Below, piece by piece: positions 8,654 through 18,300 of a stretch of 37,388 nt of DNA. The notes under the pieces were generated by a model. It ran no database searches. It was given only the letters and a program-made list of their open reading frames with translations, and was not told the DNA's origin. Source of the DNA: a virus (Duplodnaviria > Heunggongvirae > Uroviricota > Caudoviricetes); the IMG/VR virus record IMGVR_UViG_2778261448_000003. The stretch is one strand, 5' to 3'. Numbering within the stretch: position 1 is the first letter of the stretch; each line of letters starts with the position of its first letter. Position numbers and translations under genes: made by a program.

Positions 8654-10270
8654 TTACGGCATACTCATCAGCAGATCTTCTTCTCCGTGTCCGGCAGTTC
8701 CGCCTCCGGAAACCGCACTGGCAGCATGCTGTGCCATAAAGCGATCAAAAAGTGTTTCCTGTGACGGTTGCGATGCCGCCGGTGCGGCTGCCAGCAACGT
8801 TTTCGCCTGCGCCACCGTCATTCCCGGTTGTTCTGCCAGTGCCTGTGCAAGTTGCTTGCGCCCTTTCGCCTCCGGCAGCGCCATAATCTGATCGCCGACA
8901 CTTGCAGAACCGGCAACCGGTGCCGCCGCCAGTAACGTTTTTGCCTGGTCAACGGTCATTCCCGGCTGTTCAGCCAGCGCCTGCGCGAGTTGTTCACGCC
9001 CTTTAGCTTCCGGCAACGCCATAATCTGATCGCCTGTGCCTGCAGCACTGGCAGCAGGGGCTGCCGCCAGAAACGCTTTCGCCTGCTCCACCGTCATCCC
9101 AGGTTGACCTGCCAGCATCTGTGCCAGTTGCTCACGCCCCTTTGCTTCCGGCAGCGCCATAATCTGATCACCCGTGCTGTCAGTACCGGCAACCGGCGCA
9201 GCTGCAAGCAACGTTTTCGCCTGCTCAACCGTCATTCCAGGCTGACCTGCCAGCATTTGCGCCAGTTGCTCGCGCCCTTTCGCCTCCTGACAATTCAGGA
9301 TCCCCATCACGCGCTGATTTTCCTGGGCCACCGCTTCAGCAACGGTGAGATTTTTAACAGTCATTGCATTCTCCTTCGTAACAGAGTCATTCAGTGCAGA
9401 AACCATCACTTCAACGGCATCTGCAGCATTAATCAGTTGATCAGCCAGACCTGCATCAATGCCTGCCTGACCGTCATAAACGGCAGCCTCGGTATTCATC
9501 ACCGCCTCTGAACTCAGCCCCGTATAAAGCGCCACCTTGTCGACAAACATCCGGCGGGCCTCATCAATACGGCGCTGAAAATCTGCACGCACACCTGCCG
9601 GCAATGCCTGAATACTGTTGCCGTCAACCTTGTGCCGCCCGGAGTAAATCAGCGTGATGTCCACCCCTTCCTGTGCCAGTTGTTTCTCGTAACTGGTGTG
9701 CGCCATCATCACACCAATCGAACCAATTTTTGCCGTCTGCGTGACCAGCCGACGCGTACAGGCTGCCGCCAGCAACATGGCGGCTGAACAGGCCATGTCA
9801 TTGCACAGCGCCCACACGGGCTTCTGTTCCCGCAGGCGGTAAATCATGTCAGCACAGTCAAACGCCCCGGCAGCCTGACCGCCCGGGCTGTCGATATCCA
9901 GCAAAATGCCGCGCACATCCGGATCATTCACCGCCATCTGAAGACGGGCTGTCAGGCCGTCATAACCTGTCATGCCGGAGTAAGGGCGCAGGGTACCCAG
10001 TTTATGCACCAGCGTGCCGCTCACCGGCAGAATGGCGATGCCATTCTTCACCTGGTAACTCTTTGCCGGACGCTGACCACCCGCCATATAGTCAGTCACA
10101 GCCAGTTGCATACCATCAGCATCAAGCTGAACAGCCTGCTGAGGAACAGCAAGGCTGCCGGCCCCTATCTCCTTACCCAGCGCGCAAAAGAAAACCCGCG
10201 CATAGGCGGGTTCCAGTAAAAGCGGCTCATTAAATGCCATGGCGGCAATATGCGATAAATTACGACGCAT
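8654..10270 (-). CDS. C: Head maturation protease C (S49/ClpP-like) with in-frame scaffold (Nu3-like) C-terminal region containing four tandem ~45-aa repeats
   Basis: N-terminus NLSHIAAMAFNEPLLLEPAYARVFFCAL and VWALCNDMACSAA, SIGVMMAH, ILNCQEA motifs as in lambda gpC; repeat unit LPEAKGREQLAQ(M/A)LA(G/E)QPGMTV(E/D/A)QAK...GDQIMA seen four times. Confidence 0.9.
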   Translation of the reverse strand: MRRNLSHIAAMAFNEPLLLEPAYARVFFCALGKEIGAGSLAVPQQAVQLDADGMQLAVTDYMAGGQRPAKSYQVKNGIAILPVSGTLVHKLGTLRPYSGMTGYDGLTARLQMAVNDPDVRGILLDIDSPGGQAAGAFDCADMIYRLREQKPVWALCNDMACSAAMLLAAACTRRLVTQTAKIGSIGVMMAHTSYEKQLAQEGVDITLIYSGRHKVDGNSIQALPAGVRADFQRRIDEARRMFVDKVALYTGLSSEAVMNTEAAVYDGQAGIDAGLADQLINAADAVEVMVSALNDSVTKENAMTVKNLTVAEAVAQENQRVMGILNCQEAKGREQLAQMLAGQPGMTVEQAKTLLAAAPVAGTDSTGDQIMALPEAKGREQLAQMLAGQPGMTVEQAKAFLAAAPAASAAGTGDQIMALPEAKGREQLAQALAEQPGMTVDQAKTLLAAAPVAGSASVGDQIMALPEAKGRKQLAQALAEQPGMTVAQAKTLLAAAPAASQPSQETLFDRFMAQHAASAVSGGGTAGHGEEDLLMSMP

Positions 10271-11831
10271 CGCCTTTTCCTCCCGTTGTCTGTCGGATCT
10301 GCTGCTGAAACGTATCCTTTATCCAGATGGGGCGGGGAAGACCGGCAGCCTGTCGCTCCTGGCTTTCACGCAGTTGCTGGCGGAAAATCTCCTGATAGTC
10401 ATCTCCCATCAGGGCCAGCTCCTTCTCGTATGTACTCAGGCCACCTTCAATACGCATCACCGCCTCCTGCACCTCCTTAAGGCCATCAATCGCCATGCGG
10501 CCGGCACCAATCCACTCGGCACGACACCACCCGGAACGGGCCTCCCAGAATGAGAAACGGGATTTCGGCGGGCGGATCACACCGCGAATAAGGGCTTCCT
10601 CCAGCCAGCAGGCAAACATCTGTGACGCCAGTCGGCTGGCCACAAATTTTCGTTTCCCCATAAAATACCGCCACGACTCATTGGCGGATGCCCTGGCACT
10701 GGAATAACTGACCTGTGAATAATCACGGGAAAGCTGCTCATAGGACATGCCCAGCCCGGCAGCAATGTAACGTAACAGCGCCTTTTCCAGTTCAGAGAAA
10801 CCATTATCCGCATTCTGTGCTGTCTGCAGATTCAGTGAATCCCCCGGATAAAGATGCGGAATACGAACCCCACCCATCTTTACCGTATTGGTGGCGTAAT
10901 AGCGCGCATAGCCTTTCATGATGGTGTTCAGGGGATTTTTACCGCCATTTCCCACCCCGGCGATATATTCAAATGCTTTTTCCGAATCCAGTGTGGATTC
11001 AATCGTCGCGGCATACATCGCCCGCACCACCGCCGACTGCAGTTGCGTGGCCTGCAGTGTGTCGAGCATCTTGAGGCGCTCCATCACGGAATAAAACTGG
11101 TTGGCCCCGCGCGTCTGTCCGTCCTCCTGTGGCTGAAACACATGGATCATTCCCGGCCGCCCGGAGGGCAGCGTCGCCGCAATCCGTGTCCAGTTACTGA
11201 CACCGTAGCCAGGCCAGTCATCGTTCTGAACATGATAAGCCATCGCCTTTCCGTAACGGTTGATTTCCACTCCGGCACGCATAAAACGATCGCCGATGCC
11301 ATAACCGGGCGTGCTGACGCGCTTCGGACTGATGGTCTTGAATTTTGTTCTGAATAATGACGTGGATTCCGTATCCCATACGGGCTGGACAAAAATTTCA
11401 CCGTTAAACGTATGAACGCCCACCCCTTCACGAATAAATTCGGTAAACGAACGACGTCCCTCCACATCCATCGAACCAAACACAGGATCGCAATATTCCA
11501 TCCACGCCGCCTCCACATCTTCAATAAAGGCATGCGAATCAGCTTCCGACATCCCCAGCCAGCGCCAGTTGGGTCGATAGCTCAGGCGAAACATGTGGCC
11601 AACGATATGGTCTTTATGAATTTCCACAGCATTTGCGGCAATACCGTTGTTACGGACCAGATCATCCGCGCGGGCGTTACCCAGATGAATGGAAGGTAAG
11701 AGCGCCACGTCGGCACTTTCCGGTGCAGGCAGCCATTCTGCCATTTGCCCACCGAACCCGGAACCACCACCAGAATATCCCATGCTTTGCCGTAAAGGCT
11801 GCCCATGAATATCCACCAGTTCCCCGTTCAC
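10260..11831 (-). CDS. B: Portal protein B
   Basis: GYSGGGSGFGG, GNARADDLVRNNG, HVFQPQEDGQTRGANQFYSVMERLKMLDTLQ, LLRYIAAGLGMSYEQLSR match lambda gpB. Confidence 0.9.
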   Translation of the reverse strand: MNGELVDIHGQPLRQSMGYSGGGSGFGGQMAEWLPAPESADVALLPSIHLGNARADDLVRNNGIAANAVEIHKDHIVGHMFRLSYRPNWRWLGMSEADSHAFIEDVEAAWMEYCDPVFGSMDVEGRRSFTEFIREGVGVHTFNGEIFVQPVWDTESTSLFRTKFKTISPKRVSTPGYGIGDRFMRAGVEINRYGKAMAYHVQNDDWPGYGVSNWTRIAATLPSGRPGMIHVFQPQEDGQTRGANQFYSVMERLKMLDTLQATQLQSAVVRAMYAATIESTLDSEKAFEYIAGVGNGGKNPLNTIMKGYARYYATNTVKMGGVRIPHLYPGDSLNLQTAQNADNGFSELEKALLRYIAAGLGMSYEQLSRDYSQVSYSSARASANESWRYFMGKRKFVASRLASQMFACWLEEALIRGVIRPPKSRFSFWEARSGWCRAEWIGAGRMAIDGLKEVQEAVMRIEGGLSTYEKELALMGDDYQEIFRQQLRESQERQAAGLPRPIWIKDTFQQQIRQTTGGKGDAS

Positions 11832-12040
11832 AGCCCCACTCCTGCCGGGCCACGACGCCGTCCGGATACACCCAGCGCACTTTCCAGCTCTTCAATATAC
11901 TGACGCAGTTCACCAATTGTCGCCCGCGAATACTGAACCTGACGCCCGTCCTTGCTGACGGAAACCACAGCACGTCCGATCATCAGTTCATGTAACGCCC
12001 GGCGGGCATCGCATAGCATTTCATGCGTATAAATCATCAC
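11828..12040 (-). CDS. W: Head-tail joining protein W
   Basis: 70 aa; ARRALHELM, SVSKDGRQVQYS, RRRGPAG as in lambda gpW; position between A and B. Confidence 0.8.
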   Translation of the reverse strand: MMIYTHEMLCDARRALHELMIGRAVVSVSKDGRQVQYSRATIGELRQYIEELESALGVSGRRRGPAGVGL

Positions 12041-13960
12041 TTATCCTCCACTCAGAGCAGCCGCGATTTCTTCAATAGTCATTTCATCGTCGTCCTGTTC
12101 ATCTCTTCTGGCGCGGGCCAGTGCATCCAGATCCAGTTGCCACCGCTGAACGGAAATGCGCAGCGCTGCATAGGCATACACCAGACAGTCCAGAGCTTCA
12201 TTACGCCGTTTTCTGGCATCCCACTGGAGTTTCACCCGCCCGTTCACAACTTTTTCAACCAACTCTTCTGCCACAAGTTGTTTAGCTTCAACATCAGAAA
12301 AAATGTCCAGGTTATCCGGAAAACGGAAGGTATACGGTGCGACTTCACTGGCAGATACCACCGGCAGGGCAAAACGCGCATACAGCATTTCCTTGACGGT
12401 ATCGGAACCCACCTCACACAAAAACACCCCACGCTGGTTTCGCTTTTTTGGCATGGTGATCACCGGCTTGCCGTACACCGACGCCCCTTTGATGGGGAGC
12501 ACAAAAAAAGTGCCGTGTTTTCTGGATCGCTGATACACAATGTCCTGGTCAATACCACCGGTATCCCAGCAGACGCGGGAAATGGAAATTTCAGTGCCAT
12601 CTGCATGACGGTATTTTTTCCGGATCACGGCATCAACGCGTTTAAGGGTGTCCTCATCTTCCGGTCTCCCCATGATGATCTGCTTGTCAATCAGAAAAGC
12701 TTCTTCGCCAGGAGCCCAGCCCCAGACATAAATCTCATAACGGTTTTTCTGAGAGTCGATCCCTGCGGTCAGGTAAACCACCCGCAGGGGAACCTGCGCA
12801 TCATAGTGGCAGACTTTTTCCAGCAACAACTCAAAGCTCAGTTTTTCTGCCACAGCCTCTTCATAAGGCTCCCCCAGCGTGGTGTTAATGAACGTCTTGA
12901 CGCCATTCGGATCCTTCAGTGCATCAAGCCAGTCATAAACAATCTGTACCCAAGTGGTGAACGGGCTGTATGCCGTCCAGATGTGGTACGAGATTGAGCG
13001 CGGTGGCGGGATTTCCTCATCACCGGCGCTGTAAAATGTCAGACCGTCACGCGTCCACATCCTGGTATTGTCACAAATCCACCGCCCGTCGGTCTGGTCA
13101 AGTTCCGACTGACGGATCACGCAGCCATTATGTTCACACAGGTAATACACCGTCTCCGGCTTGCCCTTCTCCCATTTCAGGCCAAAGGTTGTCGCATCAT
13201 CGCCAAACTTCAGAGACTGGGCTTCACCACAATGAGGGCATGGCACATAAAACCGCATAAAATGTGCAGATTCGTTCGCGGCTTTTTCAATCTGGCAAAA
13301 ACCTTTAATTTTGGGCGTTGAGCCGCGTATGGATTTAGGCCATACCGAACCTTCGATACGCTTATCGCCAAGCAGAGTTGGTGAACCTTCTTTTTCCACA
13401 TCCGGTTCAAACGAGGAGAGTTCGTCATAGCAGACCACATCCACAGATTTTTCACGGTAGTTTTTGGCAGCAGCTCCGCCCAGACACCAGAATCCCACAC
13501 CGGAGGAGAAACGTTTCAGGGTAAGCGTGTTGTCCCGATGTTTTCTGCCAAACCACGGAGCCAGCTCCAGTAATACAGGAACGTCTCTTATCGTTGGTTC
13601 GACATGGGATTTCATAAAATCTTCTGCCGCAGAATCTGTCGGCTGAAAAAGCAGGCTGTTACGGGATTTGTGTTCAATAAAATAAGCCTCCACCCCCAAC
13701 AGCATTTTGGTGTAACCAACACGCGCCGATTTAATCAGATTAACGGTGCGGATCCGGTCATTCCCCATGCTGTTCATGATGGCAACCTGAAACGGCAGTG
13801 TTTCCCATTGCCCGGGAGTATATGAAGACTCTTTTGGCAGATAATAATGCTGATCAGCCCACTGAACTGTCGTCAGTGGTACCGGAATATTGAGAGATAC
13901 AAGCCCTGTTGCTATCGCACCGGCTGCATTAGCTGCCTTCTGTGCGTCTGAAATCATCAA
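12041..13960 (-). CDS. A: Terminase large subunit A
   Basis: 639 aa; [55 protein letters not shown] match lambda gpA throughout. Confidence 0.95.
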   Translation of the reverse strand: MMISDAQKAANAAGAIATGLVSLNIPVPLTTVQWADQHYYLPKESSYTPGQWETLPFQVAIMNSMGNDRIRTVNLIKSARVGYTKMLLGVEAYFIEHKSRNSLLFQPTDSAAEDFMKSHVEPTIRDVPVLLELAPWFGRKHRDNTLTLKRFSSGVGFWCLGGAAAKNYREKSVDVVCYDELSSFEPDVEKEGSPTLLGDKRIEGSVWPKSIRGSTPKIKGFCQIEKAANESAHFMRFYVPCPHCGEAQSLKFGDDATTFGLKWEKGKPETVYYLCEHNGCVIRQSELDQTDGRWICDNTRMWTRDGLTFYSAGDEEIPPPRSISYHIWTAYSPFTTWVQIVYDWLDALKDPNGVKTFINTTLGEPYEEAVAEKLSFELLLEKVCHYDAQVPLRVVYLTAGIDSQKNRYEIYVWGWAPGEEAFLIDKQIIMGRPEDEDTLKRVDAVIRKKYRHADGTEISISRVCWDTGGIDQDIVYQRSRKHGTFFVLPIKGASVYGKPVITMPKKRNQRGVFLCEVGSDTVKEMLYARFALPVVSASEVAPYTFRFPDNLDIFSDVEAKQLVAEELVEKVVNGRVKLQWDARKRRNEALDCLVYAYAALRISVQRWQLDLDALARARRDEQDDDEMTIEEIAAALSGG

Positions 13961-14477
13961 TCCACCCGCCTACGTTCTCACCAGCTTTAGCTGCAACGTT
14001 GGAGGCTTTTGCGATTTCAGTTTTCACCACATCAAGGTGTGACGGTGAAATATCCGGATACTTACGCTGTAATGTCAGCGGCACACGTACAAGTATCCCC
14101 GAAATCTCCTGTGCCACACGTTGCAGAATGAAGGTAAACAATTCCGTTTCCAGTACCAGCCCTTCTTCGCGGGCATTTTTCAGTTCCTGTGCATCAGCCT
14201 GTGCTTTTGTGAGTCGGTAGCGCTCATAGTCAATGGTGCCGGGTTGTAAATCTGATTCCGCAGCCGCACGCAAATCCTCGGTCTCTTTGCGGAGTTTTTC
14301 GTTTTCAATATCGGCTTCGCGCTGCGCATACCACTGAATTGCCATGGAGGTATCAAATACAGATTCAACGCCCTTACCACCTCCGGAGACGCAAGGGAGT
14401 CCCTGAGACTGCCAGCGTTCAATCGTTCGCGGATCCACGTTGAAAATTTCGGCAAGTTTCTTTTTATTAACCTTCAT
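13929..14477 (-). CDS. Nu1: Terminase small subunit Nu1
   Basis: [12 protein letters not shown]...[13 protein letters not shown]...[28 protein letters not shown] matches lambda Nu1; overlaps A start as in lambda. Confidence 0.9.
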   Translation of the reverse strand: MKVNKKKLAEIFNVDPRTIERWQSQGLPCVSGGGKGVESVFDTSMAIQWYAQREADIENEKLRKETEDLRAAAESDLQPGTIDYERYRLTKAQADAQELKNAREEGLVLETELFTFILQRVAQEISGILVRVPLTLQRKYPDISPSHLDVVKTEIAKASNVAAKAGENVGGWIDDFRRTEGS

Positions 14478-14700
14478 GAAACGGTCTCACAACAAACACA
14501 AGGTCCGACATGAAAGTGCCCGAAAATGACTTTTTTAGGCGTTTTCATGTCGGACCTTTTACGGATTCGATATTAGAAAAAACAAATAGTTATGTTCGAG
14601 AAGTACCGACACGCTTTTTCCCGAAAAATTTTCATAAATAGCGAAAATCCGCGCCGCTGCCGCCCCGTGGCAGGCCACCCCACCGGAAGGACCCGCACAA
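14478..14700 (-). promoter_or_regulatory. cos region: cosN-like sequence (~14650-14670) plus cosB-like region with a 14-bp inverted repeat (14502-14515 / 14544-14557)
   Basis: Minus-strand reading GGGCGGCAGCGG-CGCGGATTTTCGCTATTTATGAAAATTTTTCGG is near-identical to the lambda left end (GGGCGGCGACCT-CGCGGGTTTTCGCTATTTATGAAAATTTTCCGG); lies ~177 bp upstream of Nu1. Confidence 0.8.
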
Positions 14701-15061
14701 ATGAGAGCGTTTATCATTAACATTTACAGATAAGATGACGTACATCATTGAAACGCCATTCAGCCATATACCGGCAGCATTCGTAGTTGCACTCCGTAAC
14801 TCTGCGACTAAGGTTAAAAACATGGCCCTCTTTTGCCACCGGCAAATCTTCAATGGATTTCCCCTGCCGGTTTTTTATTTTCGTCGATGCATAACATTGC
14901 ATTTACATCAATAGCGGCTATTGTCATTAGTATGTTGCATCAATGCATGGGTGGTATTGGCGGTCTTCGCCGGCCGCTTCTGTGTAGCTGCTCCCTGTGA
15001 CCGGTTTTTTATTTCTCACATTACAGCAACCCCTTAGAGTGAAGGGCTGCTGTAATGCCTG

Positions 15062-15358
15062 TTACTCAGCAACAACTGCGCCTTCCGGTAATTTCATACC
15101 GGCAAATACCGGACAACCAGGATGACAATCATCTTCTGTTGCTTCCAGCATTGACTCACCAAACCGCTCCGTCGTGGCGCGACCATCAGCTGCTTTGTAG
15201 TGGATCAAGTACTGGTTTTCGCCATCCGCATACTGCGCGCGGGCTTTAACCTCACCCCATTCATCACTGATGCGCATCTCCACCAGTTGAGACAACTCAA
15301 ACTTAAACGGAGCAGCATCAGCACCAATTACAATCGGTTTGTTTTCTGTTTTTTCCAT
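15062..15358 (-). CDS. Hypothetical protein (98 aa from MEKTENK; unknown function)
   Basis: ORF 15062..15409; internal ATG-ATG start preceded by AGGAGA RBS; no family recognised. Confidence 0.5.
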   Translation of the reverse strand: MEKTENKPIVIGADAAPFKFELSQLVEMRISDEWGEVKARAQYADGENQYLIHYKAADGRATTERFGESMLEATEDDCHPGCPVFAGMKLPEGAVVAE

Positions 15359-15532
15359 CATCGTCTCCTGATATCGAAGCCCGTCGCCGCACCGGGCACT
15401 GATCAACATTTGAGTATTCGCAGCGTCAGAAAGAATTTATTTTATTGAGTAGCCACAAACACAGAATTTCATGCTTTCCGGACACGCACGCATCCTTCAT
15501 TTTTCAGCAAAATATTCTGCTCTTACAGGCGA

Positions 15533-15715
15533 TCAGTTCTGCAGGCATTGCCGAACACTGTCGACAATTTCACAGACCTGAGAAGCTGTATCGAAAAGCT
15601 GGCGCGCTTTATCCAGGCTAACACATCCCACCAGGAAAAAAGGCACCAGTATCGCTACCAGTGCCCATTTCGCCGTCGTTCTCGGCATTCTGTGTGTCCA
15701 GTGTTTTCGGTTCAT
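15533..15715 (-). CDS. Small putative lipoprotein (60 aa; signal peptide with LVGC lipobox)
   Basis: Basic N-terminus, hydrophobic stretch WALVAILVPFFLVGC followed by Cys; located between lysis cassette and cos where lambdoid phages carry bor/spanin-type genes. Confidence 0.45.
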   Translation of the reverse strand: MNRKHWTHRMPRTTAKWALVAILVPFFLVGCVSLDKARQLFDTASQVCEIVDSVRQCLQN

Positions 15716-15886
15716 GTCACCACCAACGCACAGCCAAAATCAGAACAGCAATCGCCACAAGGCGAATTGCAAAAGCCACCGAACGAGTAAAATCTATGCT
15801 TACTGGAGTTTCCACGTCTATACTTTTCTGCTTTTCCGTGATAACAAAAAAGGCCACTTCTGTGGCCTTCAATTTATAAATATTAT

Positions 15887-16102
15887 TTACGAAGTATGGC
15901 ATTCCTTTGCACACCAGTAACAACCATTTGCCCGGGTATATCCCTTGGACTTTGCCTGTGTTACTGCCGAGGAACAATTACTATAGTAACCAAGATAATC
16001 ACGATTAGATACCTCAGGGAGATATGAACACCCCTCAGCATGCACTTCATGATCTCCATTGCTCTGAGCATTTTTATTTACATAATAGTGCTTAAAACTC
16101 AT
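15887..16102 (-). CDS. Hypothetical Cys-rich small protein (71 aa)
   Basis: ORF with GGAG RBS; Cys pattern GC...CSS...GCYWCAKEC suggests metal binding; no family recognised. Confidence 0.45.
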   Translation of the reverse strand: MSFKHYYVNKNAQSNGDHEVHAEGCSYLPEVSNRDYLGYYSNCSSAVTQAKSKGYTRANGCYWCAKECHTS

Positions 16103-16311
16103 TCATATAACTCCATGTTTACGCTGATTTTTTCAGCACTAAAATGCTATTCTATATCTAATTCAGACAAAAGATTGTCATATCAAATGGTTGATTGTGA
16201 TCACTTTCTGAACCGGAATTCATTGCAAATTCTAGCAACTTTACGTTCGATACTTACGTTCGATACTTCTATTCCTGACTGGCAATAAAAATTCCTTTTT
16301 GACGTATAAAA

Positions 16312-16355
16312 CCCCAGGCGGCTTTACCTCTGCCGGGGTTTTGACTTTTTATTTA
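16312..16355. terminator. Intrinsic terminator-like hairpin with flanking T/A runs
   Basis: CCCCAGGCGG-CTTTACCT-CTGCCGGGG followed by TTTTGACTTTTTATTT on plus and preceded by an A-run. Confidence 0.5.
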
Positions 16356-16630
16356 TCAGTAATGTTGCGACATTTTGCTATTTCATCCCGGGCTTTACTG
16401 TCGCCACGACAGATACAACGAACTGTGTCACCCGCCAGCGTGGTGATGTAGGCTTCATCCGTTTTTTCCACCGAAATGCATGGTACATTTCCATCCCGGC
16501 AATACTCCACTTGGGCAGCAAGGTGAGTGTTGCGCGGGTAAAATTCCAGGCGATACATATTCCCCAGAACATGCACTTCTTCAACCTGACGCCCATCTTC
16601 CGTTACCGTGATTTTTTTCAGTGCGTACAT
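16349..16630 (-). CDS. Hypothetical protein (93 aa, Cys-containing)
   Basis: ORF with strong GGAGGT RBS upstream of ATG; no family recognised. Confidence 0.5.
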   Translation of the reverse strand: MYALKKITVTEDGRQVEEVHVLGNMYRLEFYPRNTHLAAQVEYCRDGNVPCISVEKTDEAYITTLAGDTVRCICRGDSKARDEIAKCRNITDK

Positions 16631-16700
16631 ACGTACCTCCGTTCTTTCGTTTTTTGAGCAATAAAAAAGCCGCTCATGGCGGCCCTGTATGTTTTGCGAG

Positions 16701-17084
16701 CTATCGCTTCAATTGAAAATGTGGGCCGTCTTTAAGCGTCCGCCAGTCCCCGCCCCATTCGATGGCAGTTCCCAGCTCTGCGGCAGCCTGCTTAAATGCC
16801 TGCGCGATTTTCTCGTACAGAGGCCTGTCCCATGACACCTGGCTGCCAACCCAGGCAACAACATCCACCGCATCACCGGTCAGGTGGCGGCTGTTCATGG
16901 TCTGGCTTTTCCCTTCCGCGACCAGCTGTTTCTGGCGTTCTTTCGTGCGCAGCCCTTCCGTAATACCGAAATCAACCTCCGTCAATTCCAGCGCACGGCG
17001 AACGACAGCAACCAGCTGTGGTTTAACGCCCTCCAGATTCTTTTCGCTGCGACGACTAAATCTGAATTTACCCGACATATTCAC
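16701..17084 (-). CDS. Endolysin, peptidase M15-like (D-Ala-D-Ala carboxypeptidase / L-Ala-D-Glu peptidase type)
   Basis: 127 aa; motif pattern SRHLTGDAVDV...GGDW...DGPHFQL is typical of M15 zinc peptidase endolysins; directly downstream of the holin-like genes. Confidence 0.8.
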   Translation of the reverse strand: MNMSGKFRFSRRSEKNLEGVKPQLVAVVRRALELTEVDFGITEGLRTKERQKQLVAEGKSQTMNSRHLTGDAVDVVAWVGSQVSWDRPLYEKIAQAFKQAAAELGTAIEWGGDWRTLKDGPHFQLKR

Positions 17085-17356
17085 CTCATCAATGGAAAGA
17101 TTCTTGCGACGTTCCCGCGTGCGCGTATTACCAGCACGCAGAACAACAGATTAAAAAACACTTCCAGCCAGCCCGTTGCTAACGGGCGACCACACAGATA
17201 GCTGAGGGGCGCAAAGGCATACAGCAGCATCAGCAGCCAGGCCAGCCATGACATCAGCGGTTTATGTCTGGAATCACGGCGACGATAAAAAAAGAGCGTC
17301 AGCACGATAACCGTGCATAACGCCACATTCAGTAATCCGGGAAGGTTACTTAACAT
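17081..17356 (-). CDS. Holin/antiholin-like small membrane protein
   Basis: Start at MLSNLPGLL preceded by GGAGGAGG RBS; two hydrophobic helices; stop overlaps endolysin start. Confidence 0.6.
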   Translation of the reverse strand: MLSNLPGLLNVALCTVIVLTLFFYRRRDSRHKPLMSWLAWLLMLLYAFAPLSYLCGRPLATGWLEVFFNLLFCVLVIRARGNVARIFPLMR

Positions 17357-17738
17357 TGCCGCCTCCTCCCCCCCGCAGGCGGGAGAACACACCGGACACC
17401 AGCGATGCAATATCCTGCTGGTGGATGAACGAGAGAATCTTCACCGACACCACTGACACCAGCACTGCACACAGTGCGTCGACGGGTGCACCGTCAAACC
17501 CTGTATGCTTTATCAGCCAGGATGCCAGAACCTCTGCGCCCAGCACGCCGATAATGAACGACACCAGAAAATGCGCCGCCACACGCCAGGCTGAAAGCGC
17601 CTGCGGCATCGTTGCCACAAATAACGCCCCGGCGAACGCACCAAACACAATCCCGAAATCCGTTCCGGTAAACAGCCCGAATACCGTCGCCCCACCGAGC
17701 GCCGCAGCCGTGCCGGAACCGGATAAGGGTTCAGACAT
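17346..17738 (-). CDS. Putative holin (multi-pass membrane protein, 130 aa)
   Basis: Start at MSEPLSG preceded by AGGAGA RBS; three or four predicted TM segments; first gene of the lysis cassette. Confidence 0.65.
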   Translation of the reverse strand: MSEPLSGSGTAAALGGATVFGLFTGTDFGIVFGAFAGALFVATMPQALSAWRVAAHFLVSFIIGVLGAEVLASWLIKHTGFDGAPVDALCAVLVSVVSVKILSFIHQQDIASLVSGVFSRLRGGGGGNVK

Positions 17739-18221
17739 ACTTTTTCTCCTGTAAATAAAAAAGGGCCACCAGCGACCCATAAAAAACACCCCGTCAAAGG
17801 CACCCGCAGATGCCTTTTGTGTGGTGTTATTCAGATTTACGCAGTAAAGGCCGGAGCACGACCAGCGCCATCGCCACCAGCACACCATCTGCCAGCACCG
17901 ACATCAGTGACGTTTCCTTTTGGTGGATGAGCCTCCGCCCGGGGGGGCCAGCCCAAAGAAAAAGTCACACTGACCATGCTGTAAGCTCACCCCTGAAAGG
18001 CTCTGTGGTTTTTGATGTGCGCCGGGCGTGGCGCAAAGAAATGAAATAAGACTTACCTGAAATTAAGGTTAATCTGAGGATTTAAACCATTTTTAATGCT
18101 TAGTAATATAAATACGTCTCTCTGGAGGAGAGAGATGCTTATTCTTCTTCATGGACTTTGTCCCGCGGCTTTAATCCGACAGCCGCGCCCTTTTTTCGCC
18201 AATATAAACCGGGTTGAACTC

Positions 18222-18244
18222 ATACAAAAAGCTCGCCGAAGCGA
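18222..18244 (-). terminator. Intrinsic terminator (minus strand)
   Basis: GCTCGC-CGAA-GCGAGC hairpin with an A-run on plus (T-run on the minus transcript). Confidence 0.5.
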
Positions 18245-18300
18245 GCCTGTTAAAAGTATATTTACCGTTACAAATGGACCGTCACCGGGGACTCGAACCC

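Noticed and set aside
8990-9511. Plus-strand 173-aa ORF and apparent DNA repeats
   Set aside because: It is antisense to the gpC-like gene. The repeats are the coding tandem repeats of the scaffold domain, not a CRISPR array: no spacers and the wrong period.
12023-12997. Plus-strand 324-aa ORF
   Set aside because: Fully antisense to the terminase large subunit gene; no homology signal and no RBS.
15717-15977. 86-aa minus-strand ORF
   Set aside because: It overlaps the 3' end of the neighbouring Cys-rich gene, has no clear RBS and an odd hydrophobic, low-complexity translation; not supported as a gene.
17513-17803. 96-aa minus-strand ORF overlapping the holin gene
   Set aside because: Alternative frame within the holin gene; Arg/Trp-rich translation typical of an out-of-frame artefact.
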